DNA of 64,000 nucleotides, from NCBI GenBank assembly GCA_963663405.2, contig CAXXSM010000109.1, positions 1 to 64,000 of the forward strand, written 5' to 3'. Positions 63,913 to 64,000 of the stretch are shown here, piece by piece. This DNA is from a bacterium (lineage in GTDB: Bacteria > Hinthialibacterota > Hinthialibacteria > Hinthialibacterales > Hinthialibacteraceae). The translations under genes were made by a program, and so were the position numbers. Under the pieces are notes generated by a model. That model was not told where the DNA came from and did no database searches. It saw only the letters and a list, made by a program, of their open reading frames with translations. Position 1 is the stretch's first letter. The number at the start of each line of letters is the position of its first letter.

Positions 63913-64000
63913 ACTGTTCACTGTCTGCTCGCAGGAATACCATAAGAGAATGCAAAAATTACGCAAGAATATTATTTCTGAGGACGATCCATGAAAAAGA

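Overview
Bacterial chromosomal window. The lineage is inferred, not shown: orphan 'FTLIELLIVVAIIGILAAIAVPNFLNAQ' pseudopilins, BlaI/M56 and ECF/anti-sigma pairs, a DUF1080 protein and a sulfatase suggest a PVC-adjacent or candidate phylum such as OLB16/Hinthialibacterota or Sumerlaeota. Contents in order: pseudopilin, PpiC foldase, leuS; a complete minus-strand Tad/Flp pilus locus (flp, cpaA, tadE, cpaB, rcpA, tadG, clan-CD protease-like gene, cpaE, tadA, tadB, tadC, OmpA lipoprotein, AAA ATPase); yhaO/yhaN; BlaI/BlaR1-like and ECF/anti-sigma pairs; metabolic and secreted enzymes; an M16 protease pair; higBA; a histidine cluster (hisG, lipoprotein, two tRNA-His, hisS); carbohydrate and nucleoside enzymes. 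About nine genes, including essential leuS, carry single-base frameshifts, most likely long-read indel errors. Highlights: (1) two identical tRNA-His genes lacking G-1, with G1:U72 and A73, beside an alphaproteobacterial-type HisRS; (2) a caspase/legumain-fold protease and a second ATPase inside the Tad operon; (3) a BlaR1-like sensor apparently ending in a pseudopilin domain, with a palindromic operator; (4) a 206-bp MITE with an 8-bp target duplication; (5) two REP-doublet copies whose interiors are inverted relative to each other.
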